DNA of 64,000 nt from Patescibacteria group bacterium UBA2196 (GTDB taxonomy: Bacteria; Patescibacteriota; Patescibacteriia; UBA2196), in assembly GCA_002328025.1 (NCBI GenBank), contig DCVE01000014.1:69882-133881 (forward strand), written 5' to 3'. The notes beneath the pieces were generated by a model. That model saw nothing but the letters and a program-made list of their open reading frames with translations, ran no database searches and had not been told where the DNA came from. The position numbers and the translations under genes are program-made. Shown piece by piece: positions 1 to 9,611 of this stretch. The stretch's first letter is position 1. Each line of letters starts with the position of its first letter.

Positions 1-179
1 GTATTACCAGTATGTTTTTTTTACAAATCATTATTAATATTGGTATGTCTTTGGGGTTATTGCCAGTTACTGGCTTACCTCTGCCATTCATTAGTTCGGG
101 CGGTAGCTTTTTAATTATCAGTTTAGTGGCAGTGGGTATTTTAGAAAGTATTTTAATGCGCAATAAGGGCGTAATCTAG
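1..179 (+). CDS. rodA: 3' end of a SEDS-family (RodA/FtsW) protein, truncated by window edge
   Basis: Frame from base 3 reads ...INIGMSLGLLPVTGLPLPFISSGGS...KGVI, stop TAG 177-179; classic SEDS C-terminal motif. RodA vs FtsW not certain. Confidence 0.7.
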   Translation, partial: ITSMFFLQIIINIGMSLGLLPVTGLPLPFISSGGSFLIISLVAVGILESILMRNKGVI

Positions 180-191
180 AAATTTTGTAAT

Positions 192-220
192 TTGACATTT
201 ATCTAGTTTACGCTTATAAT
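192..220 (+). promoter_or_regulatory. sigma70-type promoter for rplY
   Basis: TTGACA (192-197), 17-bp spacer, TATAAT (215-220): perfect consensus. Confidence 0.8.
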
Positions 221-247
221 ATTTATAATCAGTTATAAATATTTTTT

Positions 248-901
248 ATGCAGAAAAAAATTGAATTACGAGCAGTCGCCAGAGTCGCTTTGGGCAAAGA
301 TAATGGTGGTTTAAGAACTGACAATTTAGTGCCGGCAGTTATTTATGGTCATGATTTTGCCAATCAAAACATTGCGGTGAAATATAGTGATTTAGAAAAA
401 GCTTACGCCGAGGGCGGTGAGTCTGTTTTGCTTGATTTAATAGTGGATGATGGTGTTAGTCATAAGGTTATCATTCATGCTATAGCCCGTGATCCTTTAA
501 AGGAACGTTTTATACACGTGGATTTTTATAAAGTCAAAATGGATGAAAAAATTAAAACCGATGTGGCCTTGGAATTCGTTGGTGAAGCCCCAGCTGTCAA
601 AGAGTTAGGTGGATCTTTGATTAAGGCCATGGATCATATAGAAATAGAATGTTTGCCTGGTGATTTAATACAAACTTTGGTTATTGATTTATCCAAGTTG
701 AAAAATTTTGGTGATTCAATTCGAGTCGCCGATCTTGATATCCCAGCCAACATCACCTTGTTATCAGCTAAAGACGCAACTATTGTTTTAGTTGAAGAAA
801 CCAAAGCAGCCACTCTTGAGGAAACTTCTACACCAACAGCTGCTCCGACAGGGGGTGAAAAAGTTGATGCTGTGGAAGAAGAAAAAAATAAAGAAAATTA
901 A
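248..901 (+). CDS. rplY: 50S ribosomal protein L25 (Ctc-type, long form)
   Basis: VPAVIYG, HVDFY, VKELGG, CLPGDL motifs; acidic tail. Confidence 0.95.
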   Translation: MQKKIELRAVARVALGKDNGGLRTDNLVPAVIYGHDFANQNIAVKYSDLEKAYAEGGESVLLDLIVDDGVSHKVIIHAIARDPLKERFIHVDFYKVKMDEKIKTDVALEFVGEAPAVKELGGSLIKAMDHIEIECLPGDLIQTLVIDLSKLKNFGDSIRVADLDIPANITLLSAKDATIVLVEETKAATLEETSTPTAAPTGGEKVDAVEEEKNKEN

Positions 902-934
902 TTTTTATATCTTTTATTTTAGCTCACCCATCTT

Positions 935-1438
935 ATGTTGTTTGACAATAAAAAAAAATCCCGAGGGTTTACTCTAATTGAACTTTTGGTGGTTATTTCT
1001 ATTATGGGCTTGTTGTCTGTATTGGCCATGGCGGCTTTACAAAATGCACGACAAAAAAGTCGTGATGCACGCCGTTTGGGCGACATGAAACAAATTAAAA
1101 CTGCTATTGAGCTTTATTTTGATGCCAATGGTTTTTATCCTCAATGTGCTGGCAACAGTCTCTGCACCAGTACTGGCTATCAGGGAAATATTCAAGCGTT
1201 GGCCATAAGTCCTACCTATATGTTAAACATACCAATTGATCCAAAAAACAGCAGTACTGTTTATGGTTATTATTATGCTCGTGGTTATAAACAAACTGGC
1301 GCCACTTCTTTACAAGCCACAGGTTTAATTACAGATTATGTATTAGCCACTCGTCTGGAAATTCCAAACAGCGCTGCCACATTAATTCCAAATAATATTT
1401 GGGATAATGCTAGTCTAAATTTTTTGTTGGGAAATTAA
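935..1438 (+). CDS. type IV pilin / pseudopilin
   Basis: Class III signal RG|FTLIELLVVISIMGLL, then ARQKSRDARRLGDMKQIKTAIELY and PIDP. Confidence 0.9.
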   Translation: MLFDNKKKSRGFTLIELLVVISIMGLLSVLAMAALQNARQKSRDARRLGDMKQIKTAIELYFDANGFYPQCAGNSLCTSTGYQGNIQALAISPTYMLNIPIDPKNSSTVYGYYYARGYKQTGATSLQATGLITDYVLATRLEIPNSAATLIPNNIWDNASLNFLLGN

Positions 1439-1449
1439 AATAAAAATCA

Positions 1450-1965
1450 ATGTCATTACAAGAACAAAACCGGTTAGCCGGTTTTAGGTTGCAGAAAGTT
1501 TTTGTTGCAGTAGTGATTGTCTTCCTAATGGTTTTATCAACCGCTTCTTTTGATGTTATACAAGCCAAAGTTCGAGATCAAAAACGTAAAGCTGATTTAC
1601 AACAAATCAGTCTGGCTTTACAGCTCTATTTTGATAATTATCAAAAATTTCCACCAGTTGAAGATAATGATTGGTCTGGTTGGGACTTAAGTTTTGAGTT
1701 TGATGGCTCCAAACAAACATTTTTAAGCAAACTTTCACAAACTGGTTACATTGATCGTGTTCCTGTTGACCCACTAAATAATTCCAGCTATCTCTATCGT
1801 TATAATTATTATCCGGCTGGTTCTTTTGGGTGTAGTAAAGCTTTTTTTATTTTGCAGGCGCTTAATTTTGAAGGAAGTGAAAAAAAACACGGTTCTGGTT
1901 TTTGTCCCGAGTATAATTTTGTTGACATGGCTTTTAATGGCTATACCATTCAAATCTTTGAATGA
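1450..1965 (+). CDS. pilin-like protein with degenerate N-terminal motif
   Basis: AG|FRLQK plus hydrophobic helix; KVRDQKRKADLQQISLALQLYF and PVDP parallel the upstream pilin. Confidence 0.75.
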   Translation: MSLQEQNRLAGFRLQKVFVAVVIVFLMVLSTASFDVIQAKVRDQKRKADLQQISLALQLYFDNYQKFPPVEDNDWSGWDLSFEFDGSKQTFLSKLSQTGYIDRVPVDPLNNSSYLYRYNYYPAGSFGCSKAFFILQALNFEGSEKKHGSGFCPEYNFVDMAFNGYTIQIFE

Positions 1966-3041
1966 TTTATAAGATAATGAAAAATAATATTTTTAAAAAC
2001 AAAAAAAATATATTTGCCAGTCTTGGGCTGGTTTTTTTAATTTTAATTGGTGGAATTTTATTTTTTTATAATTTAAAACAAAAAACAACAGTCAACTTTG
2101 AAGTTTTAACCACGCAAAATAATGACGCAAAAGACTGTCAGATTAAAAATCAACTTAACGGAGTTTGTTGGTTGGAAGAACAAAAAAATCAATGGCCGGT
2201 GGCCATTATGATCGATAATCATCCTGACGCTTGGCCACAGTTTGGGCTAAGTAAGGCGTCCTTGGTTTACAGCACACTAGTTGAAGGTGGCGCCACTCGC
2301 ATTATGGCGGTTTTTTCTGTCACTGATGCCTTAAAAATTGGACCAGTTAGAAGCGCACGACCTTATTTTTTAACTTGGGCCAAAGAAATTGATGCTCTTT
2401 ACGGTCATTCTGGCGGTTCCTTTGAGGCTATTGAAAAAATAAAAAAATATGAAATTATTAATTTAGAAGAAGTCAGTAGTTATGGCCCTCTTTATTTTTA
2501 TCGAGATAAAAGTAAGACTGCCCCACACAATCTTTTTACAACCGCTAAAAATTTATATCTGGCGCTAAGTGATTTTAGTTTAGCCAGTTCCACACCGAGT
2601 TTTGTGGCCTGGAAATTTTTAACCGACGCCAATATGACTACACAGCCGACGTCAAATATTAATCTTGATTATTCCGCTCTAGATTTGTTTGATGTTGCTT
2701 ATAGTTACAACACCACGACTGATATGTATCTGCGTTTTCAAAATAAAAAACCACACCTTGATGCTTTGAATGACAAACAAATTGCGGCTCAAACAGTTAT
2801 CGTTCAGTTTGTACCAGAAGAAATACACCTGGATGCGGCTGACCGATTACAAATTGATACATTGGGAGAGGGCCGAGCTTTAATTTTTTATCACGGGAAA
2901 CAATTGGTTGCTCGTTGGAATAAAAAAACAGTTATTGATCGTACAATTTTTTATACCGAAAACAATACAGAAGTTGTTTTTCCACCGGGTAATATTTGGG
3001 TGGAAGTTGTACCAGGAAAAAGAGATGTCCGGGTGGATTAA
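1962..3041 (+). CDS. DUF3048 family membrane-anchored protein
   Basis: N-terminal TM; PVAIMIDNHPDAWPQFGL, VEGGATR, GPVRSARPY, APHNL motifs. Confidence 0.9.
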   Translation: MIYKIMKNNIFKNKKNIFASLGLVFLILIGGILFFYNLKQKTTVNFEVLTTQNNDAKDCQIKNQLNGVCWLEEQKNQWPVAIMIDNHPDAWPQFGLSKASLVYSTLVEGGATRIMAVFSVTDALKIGPVRSARPYFLTWAKEIDALYGHSGGSFEAIEKIKKYEIINLEEVSSYGPLYFYRDKSKTAPHNLFTTAKNLYLALSDFSLASSTPSFVAWKFLTDANMTTQPTSNINLDYSALDLFDVAYSYNTTTDMYLRFQNKKPHLDALNDKQIAAQTVIVQFVPEEIHLDAADRLQIDTLGEGRALIFYHGKQLVARWNKKTVIDRTIFYTENNTEVVFPPGNIWVEVVPGKRDVRVD

Positions 3042-3055
3042 AAATCATTTTATTT

Positions 3056-3964
3056 TCACGATAATTCAATCATTGCCAGTCTTGTATGACCGGCCAGGTC
3101 AGGATAAAAGGAAAGTTTGGTTTGGCGAGTAGAAAAATTACGGCGGATAATTTTAAGCAGGCCGTTTTTTTGTTGAAAGCCAATTTCGCACAAAATAGTT
3201 TTTTTGTAGTTAGGAATTTTTTTTAACTGAGCAAATAATTGCTGATAAGCTTTTAACCCATCTTTACCGGCAAATAATGCTGTTTTTGGTTCAAATTTTA
3301 AACCAATTTCTTCTGGTCGCGCAGTTATTTTTTTGTCGGGTAAATAGGGTAAGTTGGCAGTAATTAATAGCTCCTCATTATTTGTCGTGGGGCTGGGGCG
3401 TATATATTTTATATTTTTTATTATCGGCCTTAAAAGATCACCTTTTAAAAATTTTATTTTTTTTTCAACTTTATGCAGTTTAGAATTTTTTTTAGCCACT
3501 TTTAAAGCTTGGTTAGAAATATCAACAGCATAAATTAGTAATCCGAGATCGTTTTTATATTTTTGTATGTTTTTTAAAATAGCAATTGGAATACAACCAG
3601 AGCCAGTTCCCAAATCAATTAAAGTATATTTTTTAGCTGGATTATTTTTAATAATTTCCAAAGTTTTTTCCACTAAAAGTTCTGTTTCGGGGCGGGGGAT
3701 TAAAACATTTTTATTTACCAAAAAATCAAGGCCATAAAATTTTTTATGACCAATCAAATAGGCAACCGGTTCGCCTTTAATTCGACGTCTAAGTAAGGCA
3801 TAAAATTTTTTTATTTGATCGTAAGTGGGTTTATTTTCTGGATGGGTAAAAATAAAAATTTTATCTTTTCTTAGGACAAAAGCTAAAATAACTTCAACAT
3901 CCAGCATTGAAAATTTATAACCAATTTTTTCTTCGATATTCAATAGAACGTCAGCAATCGTCAT
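3056..3964 (-). CDS. prmC: release factor glutamine methyltransferase
   Basis: [28 protein letters not shown]; directly after prfA. Confidence 0.95.
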   Translation of the reverse strand: MTIADVLLNIEEKIGYKFSMLDVEVILAFVLRKDKIFIFTHPENKPTYDQIKKFYALLRRRIKGEPVAYLIGHKKFYGLDFLVNKNVLIPRPETELLVEKTLEIIKNNPAKKYTLIDLGTGSGCIPIAILKNIQKYKNDLGLLIYAVDISNQALKVAKKNSKLHKVEKKIKFLKGDLLRPIIKNIKYIRPSPTTNNEELLITANLPYLPDKKITARPEEIGLKFEPKTALFAGKDGLKAYQQLFAQLKKIPNYKKTILCEIGFQQKNGLLKIIRRNFSTRQTKLSFYPDLAGHTRLAMIELS

Positions 3965-5001
3965 GTCTGGATTTTTTTTAATTCTTCAATTATTTTTTCT
4001 AAATTTCCATCCATAATGGTGGCGATATTGTGCCAGCTTTGCTTAATTCGATGATCAGTGACGCGATCTTGGGGAAAGTTATAGGTACGGATTTTTTCAC
4101 TTCTGTCACCACTACCGACCTGCGTTTTTCTTTCTGCGGATAAGGTTTGATGTTTTTTTTCTTCGTCTGCTGCCAAAATACGGGCGCGCAAAACTTGCAT
4201 GGCTTTATCTTTATTTTGTCCTTGTGAACGTTCGTCTTGACACGAGACAACAATACCGGTTGGAATATGTGTAATGCGCACCGCCGAATGGGTTGTATTG
4301 ACGCTCTGTCCGCCATGTCCGCCGGCGCAAAAAGTATCAATTTTTAAGTCTTTGATTTCAATTTTAACATCCACCTCCTCAGCTTCAGGCATGACCGCGA
4401 CCGTGACAGCTGAAGTATGAATGCGACCGGCTTTTTCTGTTTCCGGCACTCTTTGTACACGGTGAGTGCCACTTTCATATTTTAACCAACCATAAACATT
4501 TTGGCCCTTAACTTCAAATATAACTTCTTTAAAACCGCCAATGCAAATGCGATTGGCGGTTATGATGTCGGTTTTCCAATTCATTTTTTCTGCAAATCTG
4601 GCATACAGGCGAAACATTTCCGCCGCAAACAAAGCTGATTCATCACCACCAGTCCCAGCTCTAATTTCCATAATGACATCTTTTTTGTCGAGTGGATTTT
4701 TAGGATTTAAACACTCTTCAATTGTTTGGCGCAGGCTTTCATTTTCAAGTTCAAATTTTGAGTTTTCTTTTATGGCCAGATCTTTTAATTCAAGTTCATC
4801 ACTATTAATGATGTGGTTGTTTTCTTCTATACTAATAGTATTTTTTTCCAGTTGATTAATTTTTTCTATCACTTCTTTCATCTCAGAAAGTTTTTTTATG
4901 GTGTTAATATAGTTTTTTTGATCAGCTAAAACAGCCAGGTCATTAATGGCTCGTTCTAAATCTGCATATGTATCTCGTATTGGTTGATAGGGAGACAGCA
5001 T
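3961..5001 (-). CDS. prfA: peptide chain release factor 1
   Basis: [20 protein letters not shown] (PxT), [16 protein letters not shown]. Confidence 0.97.
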   Translation of the reverse strand: MLSPYQPIRDTYADLERAINDLAVLADQKNYINTIKKLSEMKEVIEKINQLEKNTISIEENNHIINSDELELKDLAIKENSKFELENESLRQTIEECLNPKNPLDKKDVIMEIRAGTGGDESALFAAEMFRLYARFAEKMNWKTDIITANRICIGGFKEVIFEVKGQNVYGWLKYESGTHRVQRVPETEKAGRIHTSAVTVAVMPEAEEVDVKIEIKDLKIDTFCAGGHGGQSVNTTHSAVRITHIPTGIVVSCQDERSQGQNKDKAMQVLRARILAADEEKKHQTLSAERKTQVGSGDRSEKIRTYNFPQDRVTDHRIKQSWHNIATIMDGNLEKIIEELKKIQT

Positions 5002-5091
5002 AATTTCTAATCTTCAATTTTTAATTTCTAAACAATGTATTAATTATCAAATTTATAAATTTGAAACATTAAAAATTAGGAATTGAGAATT
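5002..5091. repeat. heptamer-periodic AT-rich intergenic element, copy 1
   Basis: AATTTCT AATCTTC AATTTTT AATTTCT AAAC...; shares AAACAATGT and the 18-mer TTGAAACATTAAAAATTA with 15053-15170. Confidence 0.7.
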
Positions 5092-5149
5092 AAATAAAAA
5101 CCCTGCTTGATATTAATTATAGCAGAATTTTTTGGATAAATTAAAACAG

Positions 5150-5464
5150 TTATTTTTTGGTAGCCTTTTTTGTTGTTTTAATTACTTCGACATCTTTGGC
5201 TTTCTTGGCTTTTAAAGCCTGTCTTTTAGCTGTTTTACCTTTACTTTTACCGACCAGACTTTGAGTTTTAACAGATTTTTCTTTGAATTTTTCTACCCGT
5301 CTGGCTGTGTCAATTAATTTTTGATGACCAGTAAAAAAAGGATGACAAGCCGAACACAGCTCAACTTTAATTTCTTTTTGGGTGGAGCCAGTTTTAAAAG
5401 TATTGCCGCAAGCACAGACCACTACGGCGTCTTTATAATAGGTTGGATGAATGTCTTTTTTCAT
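5150..5464 (-). CDS. rpmE: 50S ribosomal protein L31
   Basis: [24 protein letters not shown]; Lys-rich C-terminal extension. Confidence 0.97.
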   Translation of the reverse strand: MKKDIHPTYYKDAVVVCACGNTFKTGSTQKEIKVELCSACHPFFTGHQKLIDTARRVEKFKEKSVKTQSLVGKSKGKTAKRQALKAKKAKDVEVIKTTKKATKK

Positions 5465-5578
5465 AAATAAAATAATTTTAACTATTTTTAATTATCATTA
5501 GTTTAACATGCTTTTTTAATCTTGACAAGAGGTGACTTTAAATGTTAGTGTTAATAAGTTAAAAAATTATTAATAAAT

Positions 5579-5660
5579 CACACACTTAAGTTTTTTATCT
5601 TGGTTGTCCTGCCAAAATTAACCCAGATAATTTTTAGGCTTGAGTGGCGGAAAAAGGACA
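5579..5660 (+). promoter_or_regulatory. rpsB 5' leader RNA (long hairpin plus possible pseudoknot)
   Basis: 5583-5591 pairs with 5638-5646; 5595-5605 pairs with 5620-5630; loop GTCCT (5606-5610) complements AGGAC (5655-5659) next to the start codon. Confidence 0.6.
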
Positions 5661-5665
5661 CAATT

Positions 5666-6400
5666 ATGAAAAATGTTGAGCTAAAAAGCTTGATGCAAGC
5701 GGGTGTTCATTTTGGACACAAATCTGTTAACTGGAACCCTAAAATGGGCCCGTTTTTATATGGCACCAAAGCTGGCGTCCATATTTTTAATTTGGAAAAA
5801 ACAAAGTCACATTTAGAAGAGGCTTATGAGTTTATAAAAACAACGGTGGCTAATGGTGGTAATGTGTTATTTGTTGGCACCAAACCGCAAGCCAAGGACA
5901 TTGTCAGAAAATATGCCGAAGAGGCCGGCATGCCATTTGTAACTGAGCGTTGGTTAGGTGGTACTTTGACCAATTTTGCGGAAATTAATAAATTGGTTAA
6001 AAAATTAAGCCATCTCATTCAAAACTCAAATCATGAAGATTATGATCAAAAGTACACCAAAAAAGAACGTTTAATTTTTAGCGAAGAAATGATTGCGCTA
6101 GAAAAAACAATTGGTGGCATTGTAACTTTAGTAAAGTTACCAGACGTAATTTTTATTGCCAGTGTAAAGGCGGATAAAATTGCGGTTATTGAAGCCATAA
6201 AAACCAATGTTAAAATTGTAGGTATTTGTGATTCCAATACCAACCCCGACCGAGTTGATTATGTGGTGCCAGCCAATGATGATGCACTTAAATCTATTGA
6301 ACTCTTGGCAGCTTATTTTGCCGCCGCAGTTAAAGAAGGCAAAGAAGAAGCCTCACAAAAAAAACAAGAAGTTCAAATAGAAAACAAGAATGTTGAATAA
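5666..6400 (+). CDS. rpsB: 30S ribosomal protein S2
   Basis: AGVHFGH, WNPKM, LFVGTK, RWLGGTLTN, PANDD; ATG 5666 preferred over the TTG at 5600. Confidence 0.97.
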   Translation: MKNVELKSLMQAGVHFGHKSVNWNPKMGPFLYGTKAGVHIFNLEKTKSHLEEAYEFIKTTVANGGNVLFVGTKPQAKDIVRKYAEEAGMPFVTERWLGGTLTNFAEINKLVKKLSHLIQNSNHEDYDQKYTKKERLIFSEEMIALEKTIGGIVTLVKLPDVIFIASVKADKIAVIEAIKTNVKIVGICDSNTNPDRVDYVVPANDDALKSIELLAAYFAAAVKEGKEEASQKKQEVQIENKNVE

Positions 6401-6440
6401 AAAAATAGTTTTAAAATTTTAAAATTAACAACAAAAAAAT

Positions 6441-7031
6441 ATGCCGATTGATTCCAAAATTATTCAAAAATTAAGAGCCGATACTGGCGCTGGTATTATG
6501 GATGTAAAAAAGGCCTTGGAAGAAGTGGCCGGTGACGAACAAAAAGCTTTGGAAATTTTAAGAATTAAAGGACAAAGGATTGCTGTTAAAAAACAGGAAG
6601 AGCGTGTAGCAAAAGAAGGGACCATCGCCTCTTATGTACACGCTAACGGTAAGGTGGCTACTTTGATCATGTTGGCCTGTGAAACTGATTTCGTGGCCAG
6701 AAATGAAGAATTTAAAAATTTGGCTCATGATATTGCCATGCAGGTGGCGGCCATGAATCCGCAATTTTTGACGGCCGATAAAGTGCCACAAGATGTCGTG
6801 GAAAAAGAAAAAGAAATTATGCGTGCTAGCTTACAAGATGAAAAGAAGCCCACCGCGGTTTTAGAAAAGATCTTAGCTGGCAAGATGCAGAAATTTTTTG
6901 AGGAAGTTTGTCTTTTGGAACAAAAATTTATCAAAGATGATACTAAAACTATTGCTGATTTAATTAATGAACAAACCGCTAAGTTGGGTGAAAAGATTGA
7001 AGTTAAAAAAATTGCTCGTTTAAGCTTATAA
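6441..7031 (+). CDS. tsf: elongation factor Ts (short form)
   Basis: LRADTGAGIMDVKKAL, CETDFVA; follows rpsB. Confidence 0.97.
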   Translation: MPIDSKIIQKLRADTGAGIMDVKKALEEVAGDEQKALEILRIKGQRIAVKKQEERVAKEGTIASYVHANGKVATLIMLACETDFVARNEEFKNLAHDIAMQVAAMNPQFLTADKVPQDVVEKEKEIMRASLQDEKKPTAVLEKILAGKMQKFFEEVCLLEQKFIKDDTKTIADLINEQTAKLGEKIEVKKIARLSL

Positions 7032-7041
7032 TTTTTTGTCT

Positions 7042-7866
7042 ATGTTGGTTGCTGAAGTCCAATTTACACCTTGGGATAAAGTTTATTGGTTTAATCCCGC
7101 TGGTTCTGATTTGTGTGTTGGTGATTATGCTGTTGTAAATACTGATTTGGGTATGGAATTGGGTGCAGTGATCAGTTTAAAAGAATTAACCGAAAGTGAA
7201 ATTGTTACGCGCGAAATTAAAAATATTGTTCGCAAAGCCAATTTATCAGATTTGGATAAGGCTAAAGAAAGAAATACACACAAAAAAGAAGTTTTAGACA
7301 CCTGTCGTCTGGCAGCGCAAAAAAATAATCTGGATATGAAATTAGTAGATGTGCATTTTTCCTTTGATGGCGGTCGCGTTACTTTTGCTTTTATTGCTGG
7401 TTCACGCTTGGATTTTCGTGGCTTAGTCAAGGATTTAACACATACTTTCCAAAAATCAATTCGCATGCAACAATTGGGTGTGCGTGATGAGGCTAAATAT
7501 TTAGGTAGTTGGGGCCCGTGTGGTCGCGGCCTGTGTTGTCAAAATTTTTTAAAAGACTTAGGTCAAGTTTCAGCCGAATACGTAGAGATTCAACAATTAA
7601 TGCATCGTGGTAGTGATCGTCTGTCTGGTATATGTGGACGTTTGCGCTGCTGTTTGCGTTATGAAAAAGAAACCTATGAAAAATTAACTGCCAGTTTACC
7701 AGCTATTGGCACCAAGGTGCGGACGGATCATGGTCGGGGTGTTATTATTGCACATAACATTTTACGTCAAAGTGTTAACGTGCAATTGGAGGGTGAGAGC
7801 GGTGCAAATGTTGAAATTCTAATTAAAGAAAATAACTCAAAAGAAGAAGCAAAAAAAGATGGTTAA
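7042..7866 (+). CDS. PSP1-domain / YaaT (RicT) family protein
   Basis: RLDFRGLVKDL, QLGVRDEAK, GPCGRGLCC, LSGICGRLRCCLRYE; ATG at 7042. Confidence 0.9.
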   Translation: MLVAEVQFTPWDKVYWFNPAGSDLCVGDYAVVNTDLGMELGAVISLKELTESEIVTREIKNIVRKANLSDLDKAKERNTHKKEVLDTCRLAAQKNNLDMKLVDVHFSFDGGRVTFAFIAGSRLDFRGLVKDLTHTFQKSIRMQQLGVRDEAKYLGSWGPCGRGLCCQNFLKDLGQVSAEYVEIQQLMHRGSDRLSGICGRLRCCLRYEKETYEKLTASLPAIGTKVRTDHGRGVIIAHNILRQSVNVQLEGESGANVEILIKENNSKEEAKKDG

Positions 7867-7933
7867 AACCCATCTTCTTGCTTTTTTAACAGGCATGGTA
7901 TAATAAAAATAATAAAAATTAAAATTATATTCT

Positions 7934-8977
7934 ATGCTCAATGATAAAAAGTTAGTTAAAAAATATAAGCACATTAAAATCGCTATTAATGGTTTTGGCC
8001 GCATTGGACGTCAATCTTTTAAAATTGCTCTAAAAAATAAAAAAGTTGAAGTTGTGGCAATAAATGATTTAGGCAGTATTGAAAGTTTGGCTTATTTATT
8101 AAAACATGATTCGGTTTATGGTTATTACCAGGAACAAATTTCTTTTGATAGTCAACACTTGATAGTTAATGGCAAAAAAATCATTGTCCTAAATGAAAAG
8201 GAACCCACAAAGCTTCCTTGGAAAAAAATGCAAGTGGATGTGGTTTTAGAATGCACTGGTTTTTTTACTGATGCGGTTGGAGCTGGACAACACCTTAAGG
8301 CTGGTGCTAAAAAGGTAGTTATTTCAGCACCGGGCAAGGATGATGTTGAGCACACTTATGTTTTAGGAACGCTAGAAACGCAGAAAAAAATTAAGCAAGG
8401 TAATATAATTTCCAATGCTTCTTGCACGACCAACTGTGTTGCACCAGTCATTCAGATTTTAGAAGATGTTTTTGGCATAGAAAAAGCCTTATTAAATACC
8501 TCGCATGCCTACACTGCTAGCCAAGGTTTGGTGGATGGTCCCAGTAGAAAAGATTTACGCGAAGGCAGGGCGGCAGCTATAAATCAAGTACCAGCGGCCA
8601 CTGGAGCTGCTAAAGCCACAGCCAAGGTCATTCCTGCTTTGAAGGGACTTTTTGACGGTATCGCTATTCGGGTGCCTGTGCTGTGTGGTTCAATTTCAGA
8701 TATAACTTGTGTGCTTAAAAAAGAGGTCACAGTTGAACAAATTAATAATGCTTTTCGTCAAGCAACAAAAAAACCATTATTTAAAGATATTTTAGCAGTT
8801 TCTGAAGAACCATTGGTTTCAACAGATATTCTTGGTGACACACACTCTGCTATTGTGGATTTGTCTTTAACCCGAGTGGTCGGTGGTAATTTAGTTAAAG
8901 TTATGGCTTGGTACGATAATGAATGGGGTTATTCTTGTCGTTTGGTTGAAATGGCGATTGCGGTGATGGGGAAGTAA
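7934..8977 (+). CDS. gap: type I glyceraldehyde-3-phosphate dehydrogenase
   Basis: INGFGRIGR, SNASCTTNC, WYDNEWGYS. Confidence 0.97.
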   Translation: MLNDKKLVKKYKHIKIAINGFGRIGRQSFKIALKNKKVEVVAINDLGSIESLAYLLKHDSVYGYYQEQISFDSQHLIVNGKKIIVLNEKEPTKLPWKKMQVDVVLECTGFFTDAVGAGQHLKAGAKKVVISAPGKDDVEHTYVLGTLETQKKIKQGNIISNASCTTNCVAPVIQILEDVFGIEKALLNTSHAYTASQGLVDGPSRKDLREGRAAAINQVPAATGAAKATAKVIPALKGLFDGIAIRVPVLCGSISDITCVLKKEVTVEQINNAFRQATKKPLFKDILAVSEEPLVSTDILGDTHSAIVDLSLTRVVGGNLVKVMAWYDNEWGYSCRLVEMAIAVMGK

Positions 8978-8990
8978 TAAATTAAAAATA

Positions 8991-9040
8991 AAGCGGCTGG
9001 GATTAAAATACCAGCCGCTTATTAATTTTTTATTTTTTTA
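8991..9040. terminator. intrinsic terminator, probably bidirectional
   Basis: AAGCGGCTGG (8991-9000) / CCAGCCGCTT (9011-9020), flanked by A and T runs between convergent genes. Confidence 0.8.
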
Positions 9041-9156
9041 AATTAAATTCGCAGCCCCAATAATTTTGTTGGTAGAAGTTATAATTTTTGGCCAATTGGT
9101 TAGCTAAACTTGAGCCGTTATTTTGTTTCTAATCAAAATCATAAAATTTAACCTTT

Positions 9157-9507
9157 TTATTTTTTAAGGTAATAAATCGCTAAACCGGTCACAGTTCCCA
9201 CGCCATCCACTAGCCAGTCTAAAATACTGACCGAACGATTGGGAACAAAAGATTGATGCCATTCATCAGACAGAGCAAACACAAGGCAAAAGGTCAGCAC
9301 CACGAGCATTTTTTTAAAACTGTATTTTCCACCGGCTGCCATCAATAAATAACTTAAAATTAAAAACTCAAAAAAGTGCGCGATTGAGCCGTAGTCAAAC
9401 GCTTCTTTGGGATACTGGTCGCCAGGAATGGTGGACAGTAAAAAAATTATCAGCATCCAAATTATGGCCGGTAGAATTTTGGTAATGAATTTTCCATTTT
9501 TAAACAT
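9157..9507 (-). CDS. VanZ family membrane protein
   Basis: WMLIIFLLS, AHFFEF, DEWHQSFVPNR, DWLVD. Confidence 0.85.
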   Translation of the reverse strand: MFKNGKFITKILPAIIWMLIIFLLSTIPGDQYPKEAFDYGSIAHFFEFLILSYLLMAAGGKYSFKKMLVVLTFCLVFALSDEWHQSFVPNRSVSILDWLVDGVGTVTGLAIYYLKK

Positions 9508-9611
9508 AGTGTTTTTAAGGTTAACACGTTTTCTACTCTTTTCAAAGTCTTTTAAAAATGCTATCTTTAATTTAAAGGTTAAAAATATTAATTCAATTTA
9601 ACATAAAATTT

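Noticed and set aside
5600-5665. N-terminal extension of S2 from the TTG start
   Set aside because: Region is better explained as a structured leader; S2 similarity begins at ATG 5666.
9038-9142. Minus-strand 35-codon frame MILIRNKITAQV*LTNW... after the VanZ gene
   Set aside because: Internal TAG and no recognisable motif; may be a gene remnant but cannot be supported.
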